From: the human T2T-CHM13v2.0 reference genome, Homo sapiens | Strand: one strand, 5' to 3' | Assembly: GCF_009914755.1 (NCBI RefSeq) | Contig: NC_060929.1 | DNA: 64,000 nt | Part shown: in pieces, positions 13,875 through 30,539 of the stretch | Numbering within the stretch: position 1 is the stretch's first letter | Layout: each line of letters opens with the position of its first letter | Notes under the pieces: generated by a model | Told to the model about the DNA's origin: nothing | Seen by the model: only the letters and a program-made list of their open reading frames with translations | Databases searched by the model: none | Made by a program: the position numbers and the translations under genes

Positions 13875-16243
13875 TGTATTGGTCTGTTCTCACACTCCTA
13901 TAAAAAACTACCTGAAGAAAAAGAAAAGGGGTTTAATTGAATCACAGTTCCACAGTAGTCTACAAAAGAGGCATGGCTGGGGAGATCTCAGGAAATTTAC
14001 AATAATGACAGAAAGGTGAAGGAGAAGGAAGTACATCTTCATATGGCAGCAGGAGAGTGAAATGAGAAGAGCTACACATTTTTAAACAACCATCTCTCAT
14101 AAATACCTATTTACTATCCTGAGAACAGCAATGGAGAAATCTGTCCCCATGATCCAATCACTTACCTCCAGGTCCCACTCCCAACAATGGGAATTACAAT
14201 TTGACATGAGATTTGGGTGGGAACACAGAATCAAATACTATCATTCTGCCCCTGACCCCTTCCAAATCTCATGTCCTTCTCACATGTCAAAACACAATCA
14301 TGTCTTCCTAACAGTCCCCTGAAATCTTAACTCATTCCAGCATCACCTCAAAAGTCCAAGTCCAAAGTCTTATCTGAGACAAGGCAAGTCTCTTCAAACT
14401 TTGAGCCTTAAAAAAAAAAAAATTAGTTACTTCCAAGATACAATGGGGATACAGGCATTAGGTAAATTCCCCTATTTCAAAAGGGAGAAATTAGCCAAAA
14501 CAAAGGGGCTACAGGCATCATGCAAGCCCAAAACCCAGCAGGGCAGTCATTAAATGTTAAAGCTCCAAAATAATCTACTTTGTATCCATGTCTCACATCC
14601 AGGCTACAGTGATGCAAGTGGTGGGTTCCCAAGGCCTTGGGCAGCTCTGTTCTGGCTATGCAGGTTACAGACCAAGCAGTGGCTTTCATAGGTTGTTGCT
14701 GAGTGCCTGCGGCTTTTCCAGGCACACAATGCAAGCTGTCTGTGGATCTACCATTCTGGGGCCTGGAGGATGGTGGCCTTCTTCTCATAGCTCCACTAGG
14801 CAGTGCCCCAGTGGGGACTCTCTGTGGGGGCTCCAACCCCATATTTCTCCTCCACACTGACCTAATAGAGGTTCTCCATGAAGGCTTCACCCCTGCAGCA
14901 GACTTCTGTCTGGACATTCAGGTGTTTCCACACATTCTCTGAAACCTAGGCAGAGTCTCCCAAACCTCAACTCTTGCCGTCTGTATACCCATAGGACCAA
15001 CACCATGTGGAAGCTCCCAAGGCTTGGGGCTTACACCATCTGAAGCAATGGCACAAGCTGTACCTTAGCCCCTTTTAGCCAGGGCTGGAGCTGGAGCAGC
15101 AGGGACACAGGGCACCATGTCCCAAGGCTGCACAGAGCAGCAGGGCCCTGGGCCTGGCCTAGAAAACCATTTTTTCCTCCTAGGCCTCCTGGCTTATCAT
15201 GGGAGGGGCTGCCACAAAGGTCTCTGAAATGCTCTGGAGGCATTTTTCCCATTGTCTTGGCTATTAACTTTAAGCTCTTCTTTACTTATGCGAATTACTA
15301 CAGACTTGAATTCATCCCCAGAAAATGGGTTTTTCTTTTTTACTACATAGCCAGGTTGCAAATTTTCAAACTTTTATGTTCTGCTTCTTTTTAAATATAA
15401 GTTCTAGTTGCAGGTCATTTCTTTGTTTCTGCAAATGAGCAAAGGCTCTCAGAAGCAGCCAGGCTACATCTTGAATGCTTTGCTGCCTAGAAATTTCTTC
15501 TGCCGGATACCCTCAATCATCTCTCTCAAGTTCACAGTTCCACAGATCTCTAGAGCAGGGGGACAAGGCCACCAGTCTCTTTGCCAAAGCATAGCAAGAG
15601 GGACCTTTGCTCCTGTTCTCAATAGTTCATTATTTCCATCTGGGAACACCTTAGCCTGTACTTTACTGTCCATATCACTATTAGCATTTTGGTCAAAACC
15701 ATTCAACAGGTCTCTAGGAAGTTCCAAACATTCCCTCATGTTTCTGCCTTTTTCTGGTTCCTCCAAACTGTTCTAATCTTTGCCCATTACCCAGTTCCAA
15801 AGTCATTTCCGCATTTCCAGGTATCTTTTTATCAGTATCCGACTTCTCTAGTAGCAATTTTCTGTATTAATCTGTTCAAACACTGCTATAAAGAACTACC
15901 TGAGACTGGGTAATTTATGAAGAAAAGAGGCTTAATTGGCTCACAGTACTACAGGCTGTACAGAAAGCATGGCTGGGGAGGGCTTAGGAAACTTCAATCA
16001 TGGTGGAAGGGCGGGAGAGAAGCAAACACCTCTTCACATGGCAACAGGAGAAAGATAATGAAGGAGAAAGTACTACGCACTTTTAAACAAACAGATCTCA
16101 TGAGAACTCACTCACCATCATGAAAATAGCACGGAGGAAATCCACCCCATGATCTAATCGCTTCCCACCAGGTCCCTTCCCCAACATTGGGAATTATAAT
16201 TTAACATGAGATTTGGGTGTGGCCACAGAGCCAAACCATATCA
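13875..16243 (-). mobile_element. Complete MaLR element, THE1D-like: LTR (13875-14243), internal (14244-15862), LTR (15863-16243)
   Basis: Two homologous LTRs TGTATT...ATCA around a ~1.6-kb THE1/MST internal; 5-bp TSD CTGAA/CTGGA; ORF 14477..14917(-) is a MaLR-int remnant. Confidence 0.92.
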
Positions 16244-17367
16244 CTGGATCTTTAATAATCAAACATGATTTTTTAATTCTTGTGGTTTTGTTTCTTACTT
16301 TTATGTATCCAGAGCTCCTATTATTTTTGGTTCTGTTAATGAGTATATATTATTCTGCTGCTTTTAACAAGTGGAAAAAGCTTATGTATGGAATTGGATG
16401 ATCAAATGATTAGTCATAATGGGCTTTGCTAATCTGATATTTACACAGTTATTATACATTATACATATTCATACAGTTACATACATCCTAGTTTTCTCCC
16501 AGAAAGAAAAGTAAGTTACATAGGACAAGTGATAATTGGTGTGGTTGATTGATAACATACTAGAAGTACTCACAACAGCTATATATTCTGTGTATCCAAG
16601 GTATAAGTATGTATTTTCCTTTCCAAGAAGAAAAACGCAAGTCTTCTCCTAAAGTTAGATGATATTTTCCACATAATATTAAAAAAAATAAAAATAGTGA
16701 AAACAGTGACAGATTAAAGCTAAGCATCAATGGCCAATTGTAAAATACATGACAAAAGCAAATTTTATTGGCCTTTATTTATAATGCCTGATATAAAAAA
16801 GGTGGAATGTGTTCAAATATTGATGGAACAAAAAAGCTTTTTGATAGGGTTTTTTTGTAATTTGTTAAAGTTTGTCAATTTTTCCAGATGCATGTTATGA
16901 ATAATATATTGTATGCCTTCCTTTTATTTATTAAGAAAATAATGATCCAGTTCATCATAATTAATTTTTATTATGTTTCTAAAGAGACACTTTTTCCATT
17001 TTGATAGTATTGCTTACTATAACAAATTAATCATTACTATTTAGTTGTATCATCCAGCAAGTGGTTTACTCTTTCCTTGGAGGTTTGCCTGGAGGCTCTG
17101 CTATAAGCTCCAGGCAAAATACGTGTCTTTGAAAAATAAGACTGGTCTCTTAACATCAGGGAATGTACCAAATATACTGATACTTTAAAGGACAGGCTCC
17201 TGGGAAGAAACTTCCAAGCTGAGTTAAGATTTCTAGGACTCATTTAAGTCCAGACACAGATTAAATGACTTCACTTAAAAAGATATGTATATTAAGATAG
17301 AGTGAAACAATTTATTACATAAGACTGAATCGATTGATGAGGGATATATATGCTTTTTAAAACATAA

Positions 17368-17674
<307 letters not shown>

Positions 17675-18483
17675 TGGAATTATTTTTAATGCTCTATTTT
17701 CTGATGATATATACAGTTAGTTAGGGGATTTTGGTACTGAGCAAGAAAAAAACAATCACAACCTCCCAGTAAAACAGAATGAGCTTTTTTTGGAATGGTA
17801 TTTTGGTAAGTTTGCATAGAAAGAAGTGTCAGTCATAGCAGGAGACTTTCCAGAGACAGTAGCCTGAGGCCATCACTCAAAAAGACCAGAGGGCAAAGAA
17901 AGTCCTGAAGGAGAGGGGAATTAGAGAGGAGGCTTACATAGAGAGGTGATATTGCGCAGCAGCAAAATTATAGAGCTCTGAAGGGTAGCAGTAACTTGGA
18001 ATCTTTTACAGCCTCACGGGTGATCTTACCTATTCCTAGAAGATGTGCTTATTTGATCTATATGTAAATCAGTTAAATGTGTTCAAATTTGAGTTTGGTG
18101 CTGGTGGACTTTTGACCTAACAGTCTCTAATAACTGTGAAAAAGTAAACAGGGGTCATTATTAGTCCATCTATACAACATTTGGGTATGTAAGAAAATAC
18201 TTCATATTTGTTAGCTGTCTCTAAACCTTAACTTAGTAGACTTTAATTTTAAGCTAAAATAGAGATTGCTAGACACTATCATATTGTTACTGATTTCTCG
18301 GTATTCAGAAGAAAAATTATTTTATGGGGTCTCAGTACTTTTCTTGGGAAGTTGAGTACATTTAATAAGAATCTCTTTACCTGTTTAACAGGAAATAGTT
18401 GTTCAAATAATTTTGAACCAGGAATCAAGGCTAATCCTGGAAGGCCATGTGGGGAATAGAGCTCATTCAATCAGGTATGAGCT

Positions 18484-19150
18484 TGTGGCAGGCCAGGTCT
18501 CACTAACTCAGGCCTCCATAACAACTATTTCAGTACTGAGTAGTGAAGTTAAATATTAAAAGCTGAAAGAGCCAGCACCCTTATACAAAGGCTGGAATGT
18601 AACAAAAGCCCACCAGGAGTTTTGACTTGGCCTTTCCTGGGCCTTAAAGCATGACAAAATAACGAAGGAATTCTTAACAGGACCTGTTTATGATTAAACA
18701 AGTTTTATTGGCGGGGGCGGGGGGGTTTCTGAATCAACTCCCCAGGCCTCCACAAACAAGTTTATTGGGGGTCTGAAGGAACTCCCCAGACCTCCATGAT
18801 TTAGCAGGAGACAAGATAAGGGTAATCATCCCAGCACCTGGACTCATTTAGATTAAGTAAATTTACTGAGGTTCCAGAGGACTGTCTTCAGGACTCAGAC
18901 CTTACTTATAGATTAAAAAAAGTTAATCACTTATGTCTTTAGATGAAGGAACACTTACAAATAGACATAGAGCTTGGAAGTATATAAGCTCTAGAAATCT
19001 CTGTAATTTTGAGTTGGTCTGGTGATATTTTCCAGGCCTTCTCCCTGTAACCAATTACAGAAATAAAAGCTCTCTTCTCTCCCAGTTTGTCTTATCTTGT
19101 TATTGGGCCTGGGTAATAAGCAGCCCAACCCTCGGTTAGGTCCGGGAACA
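18484..19150 (+). mobile_element. Solo ERV1 LTR, PABL_A-like
   Basis: TGTGGCAGGCCAGGTCTCACTAAC...TCCGGGAACA, 667 bp; perfect TSD AGCT (18480-18483/19151-19154); TATATAA at 18981; AATAAA at 19062. Confidence 0.85.
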
Positions 19151-19619
19151 AGCTGAGTTCTGAAGAGCAAGAGTGTTACATTATGTGACTCATTGCTTAC
19201 AAAGCCTTTCCTGAGAAACTCACCTGGTATCCAAATTATAGGGATTCAGCCTCATAATTTGTAAGGAACACTTGCTAGTGGTCCTGGGGCCTTCAAAGTT
19301 TTGAGAAACAGCAAGAGGAGGAGATTAATTTCCTCAAACTTATTTATATTTCTGTAGGACCTTCTGAACAGAGATTCTTGAGTGTGGTTACATAGACTTG
19401 CGATAAAAGAGTCAAACAACAGAGTGATTTTAACATCCAGCCAAGATTCCTTACAAAAATTTCTACACATAGGTTAACTTTCTCGTCTCAGTTTGTTCAG
19501 TAAGTTATTTTTGACAAGGTTCATATGTGCTAATTATCAGTTTTTGCTGCACCTATGTAAATAATTGTGTACAAAATAAAATGGGAGTAGTGTGTTCTCT
19601 ATGTGTGTTTGTGTGTTTG

Positions 19620-20468
<849 letters not shown>

Positions 20469-20576
20469 TGTGCAGAATCAAGAACTACCTTTGGAGATTC
20501 CATATGATCACAAAAGAGGGAGAGAGGTTGTTAATAAAAGTTTTCTAAAACTTTGAAATAAGCAAATAAATGTAAG

Positions 20577-20872
20577 GGCCAGGCACGGTGGCTCACACCT
20601 GTAATCCCAGCACTTTGGGAGGCCAAGGCGGGTGGATCATGAGGTCAGGAGTTCAAGACCAGCCTGACCAACATGGTGAAACCACGTCTGTACTAAAAAT
20701 ACAAAAATTAGCCGGGCGTGGTGGTGCGCGCCTGTAATCCCAGCTACTCAGGAGGCTGAGGCAGGAGAATTGCTTGAACCTGAGAAGCAGAGGTTGCAGT
20801 GAGCAGATATAGAGCCACTGCACTCTAGCCTGGGGGGATACAGCAAGACTCCGTCTCAAAAAAAAAAAAAAA
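20577..20872 (+). mobile_element. Alu (AluS-type)
   Basis: Full dimer, poly-A, TSD core AAATGTAA. Confidence 0.95.
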
Positions 20873-21284
20873 GAAATGTAAAAAAGTATATTTAGTAATA
20901 ATATAAACAATTAACTTCAACATACCAGCTCTTTACTAATCAGCTTTTTTTCATGCATTTTTTTTCTTATAGTTGCTAAGGAAAAATACAATATTTAAAA
21001 CTGATATCCAGAGTAAGTAGGTTCCTATATATCTTCTGGGAAACTCTTTTAATAAGTCTATTCCATAATTGCTTAATTTTCTAAGAGGAGAGTCCTATGT
21101 TTGACTTTGCTATTCACTGTTTGATTAAATCCCACTCACTATCAAGTTACATGTAAACTTGTAGATTTCTGTGAGTAGGAAAAAAAATTGCTAAAGTTTA
21201 TAATTTTATTAACCGCTATTTTTGTTAGAAAATTTATACCAGCATGTGTTCGACAGACTATGCAGAACTCCATAACTTAGGTTT

Positions 21285-21640
21285 TCTTTTCGTATACAAC
21301 AGCTTTGTTGAGATATAATTTTCATACCAACAATTCACCCATTTCAAGACACAATTCAATGGTGTTTAGCACATTCAGAGATTTGTGTAAACGATGCAAA
21401 CAAGTTTAGAACATTTTTAAATGTTCTAAAAAAGCCCACACCTATTGTTATTAATTCCCCCAAATCGACAGATTGGCCTATTCTAGATATTTTCTATAAA
21501 TCAATTCATACATCATGTGGGTTTTTCCCACTGATTTTTCTAACTTAGCATAACATTTTCAAGGTTCATCTATAAGTATCAGCATGCATTAGTATTTCTT
21601 TCTTTTTTATTGCTGAATTTAAACCAGATATACTATTTTA
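21285..21640 (-). mobile_element. Old L1 (L1MB-like) 3' end
   Basis: ACAGCTTTGTTGAGATATAATT...CAATTCACCCATTT and ACTTAGCATAACATTTTCAAGGTTCATC motifs. Confidence 0.7.
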
Positions 21641-21987
21641 TTAGTTCCCTTATTTATTACTGTATTGAATAAATATTTTATGTGTGTTCGTGGTCTTAAT
21701 TTTATTTTGCATTTGTAACTAAACACAATATTAAGGAATGATTTTATGTTTTCAAGTTTTGGATTTTTTTTATTTTTCTGTGTTTTAAAGAATAGAAATA
21801 TGTACATAATGTCAAAAAAGCTTACATTCAAACGTACTGAAACAAAATGAAAAATCAACAAATACATACCATTTTTCAAAAATATAACTATATAAAACAT
21901 TCAAGAATCATCTACTCTTATACAGAAAATAGTATCGTAAAAATTCAGTTTGTAGTTAAATAGTTGAGATTCTGACATATTGCTGGA

Positions 21988-22299
<312 letters not shown>

Positions 22300-23989
22300 T
22301 GACCTTGTGAAATGGAAAAGAAATGTTAAGTTCCACATTTCAATACATTTTATTTTTATTCATTTTGTTCATTAGAAACATACAAAAGGCATTTGACATT
22401 ATTTGTATTTTTACAGCTGCTTTCAATAATTCGTGTCAAAGTGTGAAATTTGTTGATTTTTCTGTGACCAGTCCATGAAATACATTGTCTAACTGCTGGA
22501 TATACTGGCTTCTTAGCAAAAAATGCTCTAAATAAAAGATGTGTTTTGAAATGCTAAACATCTTTCTTACTATATAAATCTAATCCAAATTTTTTCATGA
22601 AAATGAGAGAACTGGAAATAGATCTCTGGATCTTGCAATTCTATGTGAACAAAAAGTGTTATGACATTTTTACTTGAATGTGAGTTAAAAATGCGGAAAA
22701 CCACTCAAAACTGTAGTTTTGTGTTTTGCATTTTTTTTTTTAACTAGTCCTAGGGTTTAACCACCATTGTACTGGGTTTTTGTAGACTTTAAGTCTTTTT
22801 TCTTTCTATCCCATTCCTTCTAATATCTACAAAGATCTAATTATAAAACATATACCCTGTGTCTGATATTGAAGTTATTCCTCTAAAATTGATGTACAAT
22901 TCAGAGTAAATATATATTGCTGATTCTTGTCTTCTAATCTGAATTAATTTGTTACTCAGTATATTAATATTTAGTTAGCTTAGTAATGTTGATTTATTTA
23001 TTATGTAGATCTATCAAAGTGCTCTTATTTGTGTATTTATACAACCTATCTACAAAAATAGTATTAATCTTACTCAAATTATTTGGTCTAGTATCTGTAT
23101 ATTTTATGTGGAATGATATCCATAATTATCTCATATTTCCACATTTATTTTAAGATAACATGCTTTAAGATAATTAAAATTCTTGCCTTGAAACATTCAA
23201 ACAATACTTTTAATTAAGTTGTATATAAGATTGCTTATACGAGGCAACTGTTTTGAAATTATTGAAGTGTTGTTTATTAGAAATATCTTTTTCTACCATT
23301 AAGTTAAATGTGTTAATGAAAAGATGAAGTGAGACAGTGGAATTTGGTGAATTCATCACAATCAATGATGTTTATACATTTTATTAGCAAATGTATCAGG
23401 CTGAATTGTTCAGTATTGTTACTAAAACTGATGAATTCTCTAGGAGTATATTGTTAAGTTTAATTTGAGTTTTCCTCCTTTTTAAGTGTATCTGATGCTG
23501 GATTATCAATTCTGTTATTTCACTAAGTGGTGAATCTTCTTCTAGGAAACAAAATAAATGTTTCAAGTAAAAGACTTTCTCTCTCCTAACTCTAAAACTT
23601 TTCAGCAACCAGCATATATATTAATAAGGCTAGTGTTTGTAATAAAACTTGAGGAAAAAAGTACTGCAATTAAAAGTAAAGAAACATATAGCAAAGCCTG
23701 CCCCTTGACTACTAAATAGCTGGAGCCTTGGCAATCTTGGCATAATCTGTTTTTTCCCCAAACTTTACATCATTCACATTTATTCTAGCAAAGAAAATTA
23801 GAAAAATTGAACCTATAGATATACCTTGCCCTCATTTCTCCAAGATGTGTTGTGGTATTGCATGTTAATTATTGACTGTCAAATTATCTCAGTCATGTGA
23901 TGCAAATTATATATATATACACATATATATGTGTGCATATATACGTATATATATATAAAAAAGTAAATATTTTATGTGCATGTTTGTGT

Positions 23990-24320
23990 ATAGTTAATCC
24001 CATATTATTTGCAGATTCTGTATTTGCAAATTTGCTTACTCCCCAAAGTTTATTTGTAGCCACAAAATCAATGCCTGGGGTGCTTTTCAGGTCATTCATT
24101 TTTAGAAATTTGCAAGCAGTAAAAAAATTTGAGTGGCTCCATGCACGTGAGTTCCCAGCAGAGGTTGAGTGGGAAATTTGTCATCCCATGAACATGTGCA
24201 TTCCCAGCTGAGGTTGAACAAGGCAATTCTCTGTCCTTTTGTTTCAGATATAGTGCAAACAATTGTCTTTTCCGTGATCCAGTTAGTGCCCGGTTTTTGC
24301 TTTCTTTGGTTGATGTTGTT
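23990..24320 (+). mobile_element. TcMar-Tigger DNA transposon remnant (MER82-like)
   Basis: TTATTTGCAGATTCTGTATTTGCAAATTTG and TTCCCAGCTGAGGTTGAACAAGG motifs; diverged internal ~47-bp duplication 24125-24218; preceded by a TA-rich tract 23908-23957. Confidence 0.65.
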
Positions 24321-25673
24321 GTTGGTTACCATTTTACTGATATTCAAAACCCATTGAATTTCCAACACTGATTTGTCTTAGAAAGAACATCTGTAGAACA
24401 AATAAGAGGGTTAAGAACTGAAATGTTTGTAATTTCATATATTGCTACTAAATGAATACAGCATTTGATAATATTAAATGTTATCATTTCTATTTTTTTC
24501 ATTGTTTTAATTGTATAATTAAAACTTAGACACAATACCTAAAAAGATCCAGTTGTGATTACAGTAGTGCTGAACACGATTCTTTAACTTTTCTAATTAT
24601 TTTATATTTCTGACTTTTTTCATGCAAACTCAGTTTATATACTGAAAATGAGGACACTTAGACTGTGAAATAGGTAGCCAAAATATATTAAGAATTACAT
24701 TTATTAATCAATATTTTATTTTAAAAAGTCATAAAAAAACCCTTGGAAAAAACAATTAATTGAAACAAGTTTATTCGTCAGCTAAAGTATTTTAAGGCAT
24801 TTGAGTTTGAGGCATTTATGTATGTTGCTCTACTTCTTCCCTTCAGACTACAATGAGAGCCATGGAATTTCTTTAACTTATGTGAAATAATAATGATTTC
24901 TGAATCAAGTTTCTCCTGCCCAAGTAATTGTCTCTGTCAAAGCACTTTAACTAAAAAGAAACCACTCACTTTTCGTGGAAATAGTTCCTTTTGAATTTAA
25001 TCATATTGAAAGTCTATTAATTGGAAAAGTGTACTGTTGAATGCAAAGCTTGCATAGACTTCAGAAACAGAAATTTTAAAATAGAGGTTGATTCACATGA
25101 ACACATGGTTTAGATTTCTAACAATACACCAAAAATAGAAGCCAAAAAGGAACTAGAAAAATATGTTAAATATGTTTTTCATCTCTTGTTATAGTGTTAC
25201 AGGTGTCATCTCTTCAGAGGTCTTTCTTGACCAACTATGTTAAGATGATCGTCTCTACCTGTTATGTTTTCATCACACAGTTGGTTTACTACTTTAGAAT
25301 TTCCTTTTACAAATTTCTCAGAAAACTATAGTTGTAATTATAATATTTAATTATTTGCTTATTTATCTATTGTTATTAGACTAAATATCAGATATTTATG
25401 AGTAATACAATTGAACGAAGTTTATAGTGTGCATAACTATCCATAAGTTTTTGTCTATTACATGTTATCTATTATATATATTTATCTATCTATATGTAAA
25501 CATAATCAATCAACCAGAAGGACATTTCATGCCACCAGTACCAAAGAGTGAGCTTTTTACAAGTTCTTGGTTCAAAATAAAAATTTGACCCAACATTACT
25601 ACTGAGGAGGATGAACTTAAAATACTTAACTGACCAAGAGAAGCATTAGTAATGTCAGAACCTGCAGAGAATA

Positions 25674-26233
25674 TGATGACTGTCAACTTGAATAGGCTAA
25701 AGGATGCAAAGATAGATGATGAAACATTATTTTGGGGTGTTTCTCTGAAGATGTTTTCAAAAAAGATATACTTTTGAGTTAGTGAACTCAGTAAAGAAAA
25801 ATCACCCTCTCCAGTGTGATGGTGTTATCCAGCTAGTTGAGGGCCTGAATAAAACAAACAACTCAAAAGAAGGACCAATTCACTTCTCTGCTTGAGAAGC
25901 TGAGACATCCATTTTCTGATCTCAGACATAAACACTTCTGATTCTTGGGCCTCCAGACTCAAAACAGAACTTACACCTTTCCCCTGAGCCCTATCACACT
26001 GTGATTGAGTCTTCAGACTTGTACTAGTACCTATGCCACCTTTGTCTCCCCTTGTTCTTAGGCCTGAAGATTTAGACTGGAACTATACCACCTTCTTTCC
26101 TGGGATTCTTACTTGCAAATAGCAGATTGTGGGACTTTCATAACCAGGTGAGGCTATATGTCACAATGAATATTTTTCTATACATCTGTATCAATATCTA
26201 ACTGGTTCTGTTTCTCTGGAGAACTCTTATACA
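25674..26233 (+). mobile_element. MLT2 (ERVL) LTR
   Basis: TGTCAACTTGAATAGGCTAAAGG...GTTCTGTTTCTCTGGAGAAC; homologous to the 19.6-kb element. Confidence 0.8.
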
Positions 26234-27671
26234 GATAATCAGACTGAAATTTGTAGTTGTATTGTATGGAATGATATGCACAGGGAGTTCTGTGAATTAT
26301 TTTCTGCAAACTCTAAGGTAGAGACGATGTGATATAAGCAAATCACCTGTGCTCTTCTAAAATGTTACATGTTGCCATTGCTCTGAGAATGGTGATTTGC
26401 AAGCAGATAAAAAGAGCCTGGAGAATTTTGATCAATATTTTGCTTTATTTTGTTTTTTAAAGCTCAGAGACCAGTCAGAAGATTTGAATTTTTAACAATA
26501 TAGTTCAATTATACTGTAAGACATGCTTAGAACAAATATGAGATAGAGGTTGGTAGATACAATAAAGTTTGTCACATAGGTTTATTATATCCATCGCCAC
26601 CAAGACAGCATCCTAGGATTTTGGAAGGTTGTTTCTTCATTTTGGCTTAAACTAGCCAGCAGAACAGTGTTGGATTTTTTTGTTTGTTTGTTTTTGTTTT
26701 TGTTTTTTTGTTTTCTCTTGTAATGGGTTCAGAGAAGGCCTGTAGGATTTATTCAATAAATTAAGTGGGAATTAGTGGCCGGCCAGGGTAGAGACACTCA
26801 ACTATTTAGAACACCTTATTGGGCATTCTGCATTACCTTCCTCACTTCAACATTAGATGTTTCAGGAGCTCTTAAAAGTGCTTCTGTGGTTAAGTTTCAT
26901 CTTCTGCTACCGCTAGATTTTCTTTTCTCTGCTATTGCCAAATTCTGTTGATCCAGATTTTAAGGTTAGGCTGAAGCCCTCCCAATATGTAACCACGTAG
27001 AACAAATCAGGATTTAAGAATCAAGTTTTTGCAAAATATTTCCAGGTAGATGGTCCATCACGAAATGAAATACAGAAATCTTCTGATCATGACATACTCC
27101 GTCTGGTTCAAATGGAGTAGTTGGGTGTGTTGCAGGTGTTCCAAATTTGAGTGTTAAAGTTAATATCTCCAAACCTTAAAATATACACAGGGAGGACAAG
27201 AGACTCCTGCTTTCAAATAAATGTTTAACCTAAGCCATATATTATTTTAAGGCAAAAAGTAGTTGCAGTGAAAGAAGTCGTCAAAACTTGGTCAATATGC
27301 AAGAGATTATTATTTTCCGGGTAAGTGTATGCATGGTTTTATTCAGGATGTCAGATAAGAAGTGAAAATCATTCATTTAACAGTGCAGTTCTTCATACTC
27401 TTACATCCCTCACAAGAACACGCAAGGTAAAATATTAAGAAAAAAAATACTGGTGGCTTACAAAAAATCACCAGAATGATTATAGTTCTTTCACTTACTT
27501 GAGTTGTATCATATATCTATTCATATAGCTACCTTGGTATCATAATATTAACTCTGTTCTTGGAAAGGAGACAGCTCAACAACTTCAACTCCGGGTGGTC
27601 AAATACACATTTCTGTACTGCAGAAGCAGAAGCAGTCGCAGTCAAAAACTGCTAAAACTAGAGACTTATGA

Positions 27672-28018
<347 letters not shown>

Positions 28019-28285
28019 CTAATAGCAGTAGAGTTAGGACACAAGCTAAGCAAACCAGCAAATATTAGTCAAAAAGTTCTGCAAATTTTTCCACAGAGAA
28101 AATAGCATCAAAACATAACGCCTTTAGAATATTGACTTTATTTAATAGTTTCTCAGAGAAATACAAAGTCATGCAAAATTTAGTGTCATTCTTCAAAGCT
28201 CCTTAAGCATATCATTATTATGGAAATTTGAAAGGAGGGAATACAAAGAAAATGAAATAGATCAGTACAAAAAGATATCCCATGA

Positions 28286-28621
<336 letters not shown>

Positions 28622-30539
28622 AATGTTGTATATTTTAAGATAATATGTGGATCCTTTTGATTGGGGGTGGAAGAATTTATATGCCCTGCAGTAATGATTT
28701 TTGACGTATTTAGAAACTGATTAATAAAAAAACATACTGCTTGCCACAGCAAAGTCTTTGGACAAAGACTTTGGACCTGTTGTATGTAAAGAAGCTCCTT
28801 AGCATTCTCATTTGAGAAAACTTCTCCATGGATGACATAACTGTAAGGAAACTGCAACCAAGCAGAAGTGATATAGGCAAAATTAGAGGCAGATGTTGAA
28901 GGGAAAGGCAGCAATCTAGGTTTGGCCATGTAGTGGAAGACAAGGTCATGGGGCATCAATTGTGGGACGTAAACCACGGGCCTCTATGAAAGCACTTTTC
29001 TGACAGTGTCTGAAACAAAGAGATCCAGTTTGCAGAACTTGAGTTATGTGACTTGTGGGGGACGCTTGAAAAACATCAATATAACAAACAAATACAAAAT
29101 TAACTAATACTATTTTTTACACTTTTTTTACAGTGAGAATTCTAATTAAAAGATGTAATTGAAAGTTGACAAGTGCCACAAATAAAAACACACACACAAA
29201 AAAACAGCTTCTAAAATCATTATTTAAATCCCCAAGACATCTCTATAATCCCTTAAATGTTTTTCTAAATTTTGGCTGCATACTCTTTGATCATCTGTCC
29301 AACTGACAAAAGTAAAAACAGAAAAAGACAGGTTACTATTATTAAATTGATGCTTTGTATTTCCCAGAAAAATCTGGCTTCCTTATTGTGTTATTCACTG
29401 CTCAATTTACCATATGGTTATAAAAATTTTTAATAAATCTTTGTAGCATATATGTGGCAAAGCCAGTAAACAGAAAGAAGCTCGTATATGATAATAATCC
29501 AGATTTAAAAAGAAAAAAAAACATTAAAGTTGTGTCCAATGTCTATTTGGATATCATTTAAGTATTAAGCATATAAAAGTCATTACAGAGGCACTTTCGG
29601 TATATAGAACTCACTATTTAATTACATGTTATTTCGTATTATTTTATATGAAATAATGTTAGCAGTGTAATATATCACTAGGAAAGGTTTTTTTTAAAAA
29701 AATAATGGCAATATTAAAAAATATTTAAAAATCGCAGAAGTTCACGCAACACACATCAAATTCCTTTGACAGTCAGACTTTAATAGTTGTCCACCAGTAT
29801 ATTTATAAATTTTCTATTTTTATGGAAAAATTACACAAACTGCAAGCCAGAAATAGGAAATAGGTGGGCATAAAACTGTAAATTTTAGAAAAAAATTGAA
29901 TTATGATAATTTGAATAGGCAACACCACAATTTTGCGTTTTATATTTTTATTCAATATTCAAATACAATTTTTTTGTAATAAGACATGTTCAATGTCAAG
30001 AGTGGCAGAAATCCGTATTTTGTTTTATCAAACTAAACATTTTTACTTTCTTGAGTACTACATGGACATAGTTCAGATAATACTTGAACCAGCAGCACCT
30101 CTACTTTTAAATGATATCTTTTTAATTATTTGTCAGGCTACGTTAATCTTTTTAAGCATGCTGACATTCTTAATCCAGGTGTGGTTTTTCCGTTCTCCAA
30201 CTTGCAAGATTTGTGGATATTTTGCACTATTGTCAAGTGTCTACACTACCAGTGAGAGAGATGAAAACAATCTTAGCAAGCAATGATGAATGGATACAGT
30301 AAGGTTGATTTATGCCACCTATGTTTTTATTCCAACAGCAACATTCCTCTCTCTGTTCAATTGATACTATCAGCATAGATTTATATTTTTTCCTGAGTTG
30401 CCACAGTAAGCAAAATGAATGTTGCCTAGGAATTTATTGGGGGAGTGAATGACTTGATTTGAGATGTCATCTATGCTGACTGATGTTTTTAAAAATATTT
30501 GATTTAATGGTCTACCTCCACAGATATCATCCAGTTAGA

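Noticed and set aside
14477-15913. Overlapping ORF cluster
   Set aside because: Lies within the MaLR internal region; fragmented remnants.
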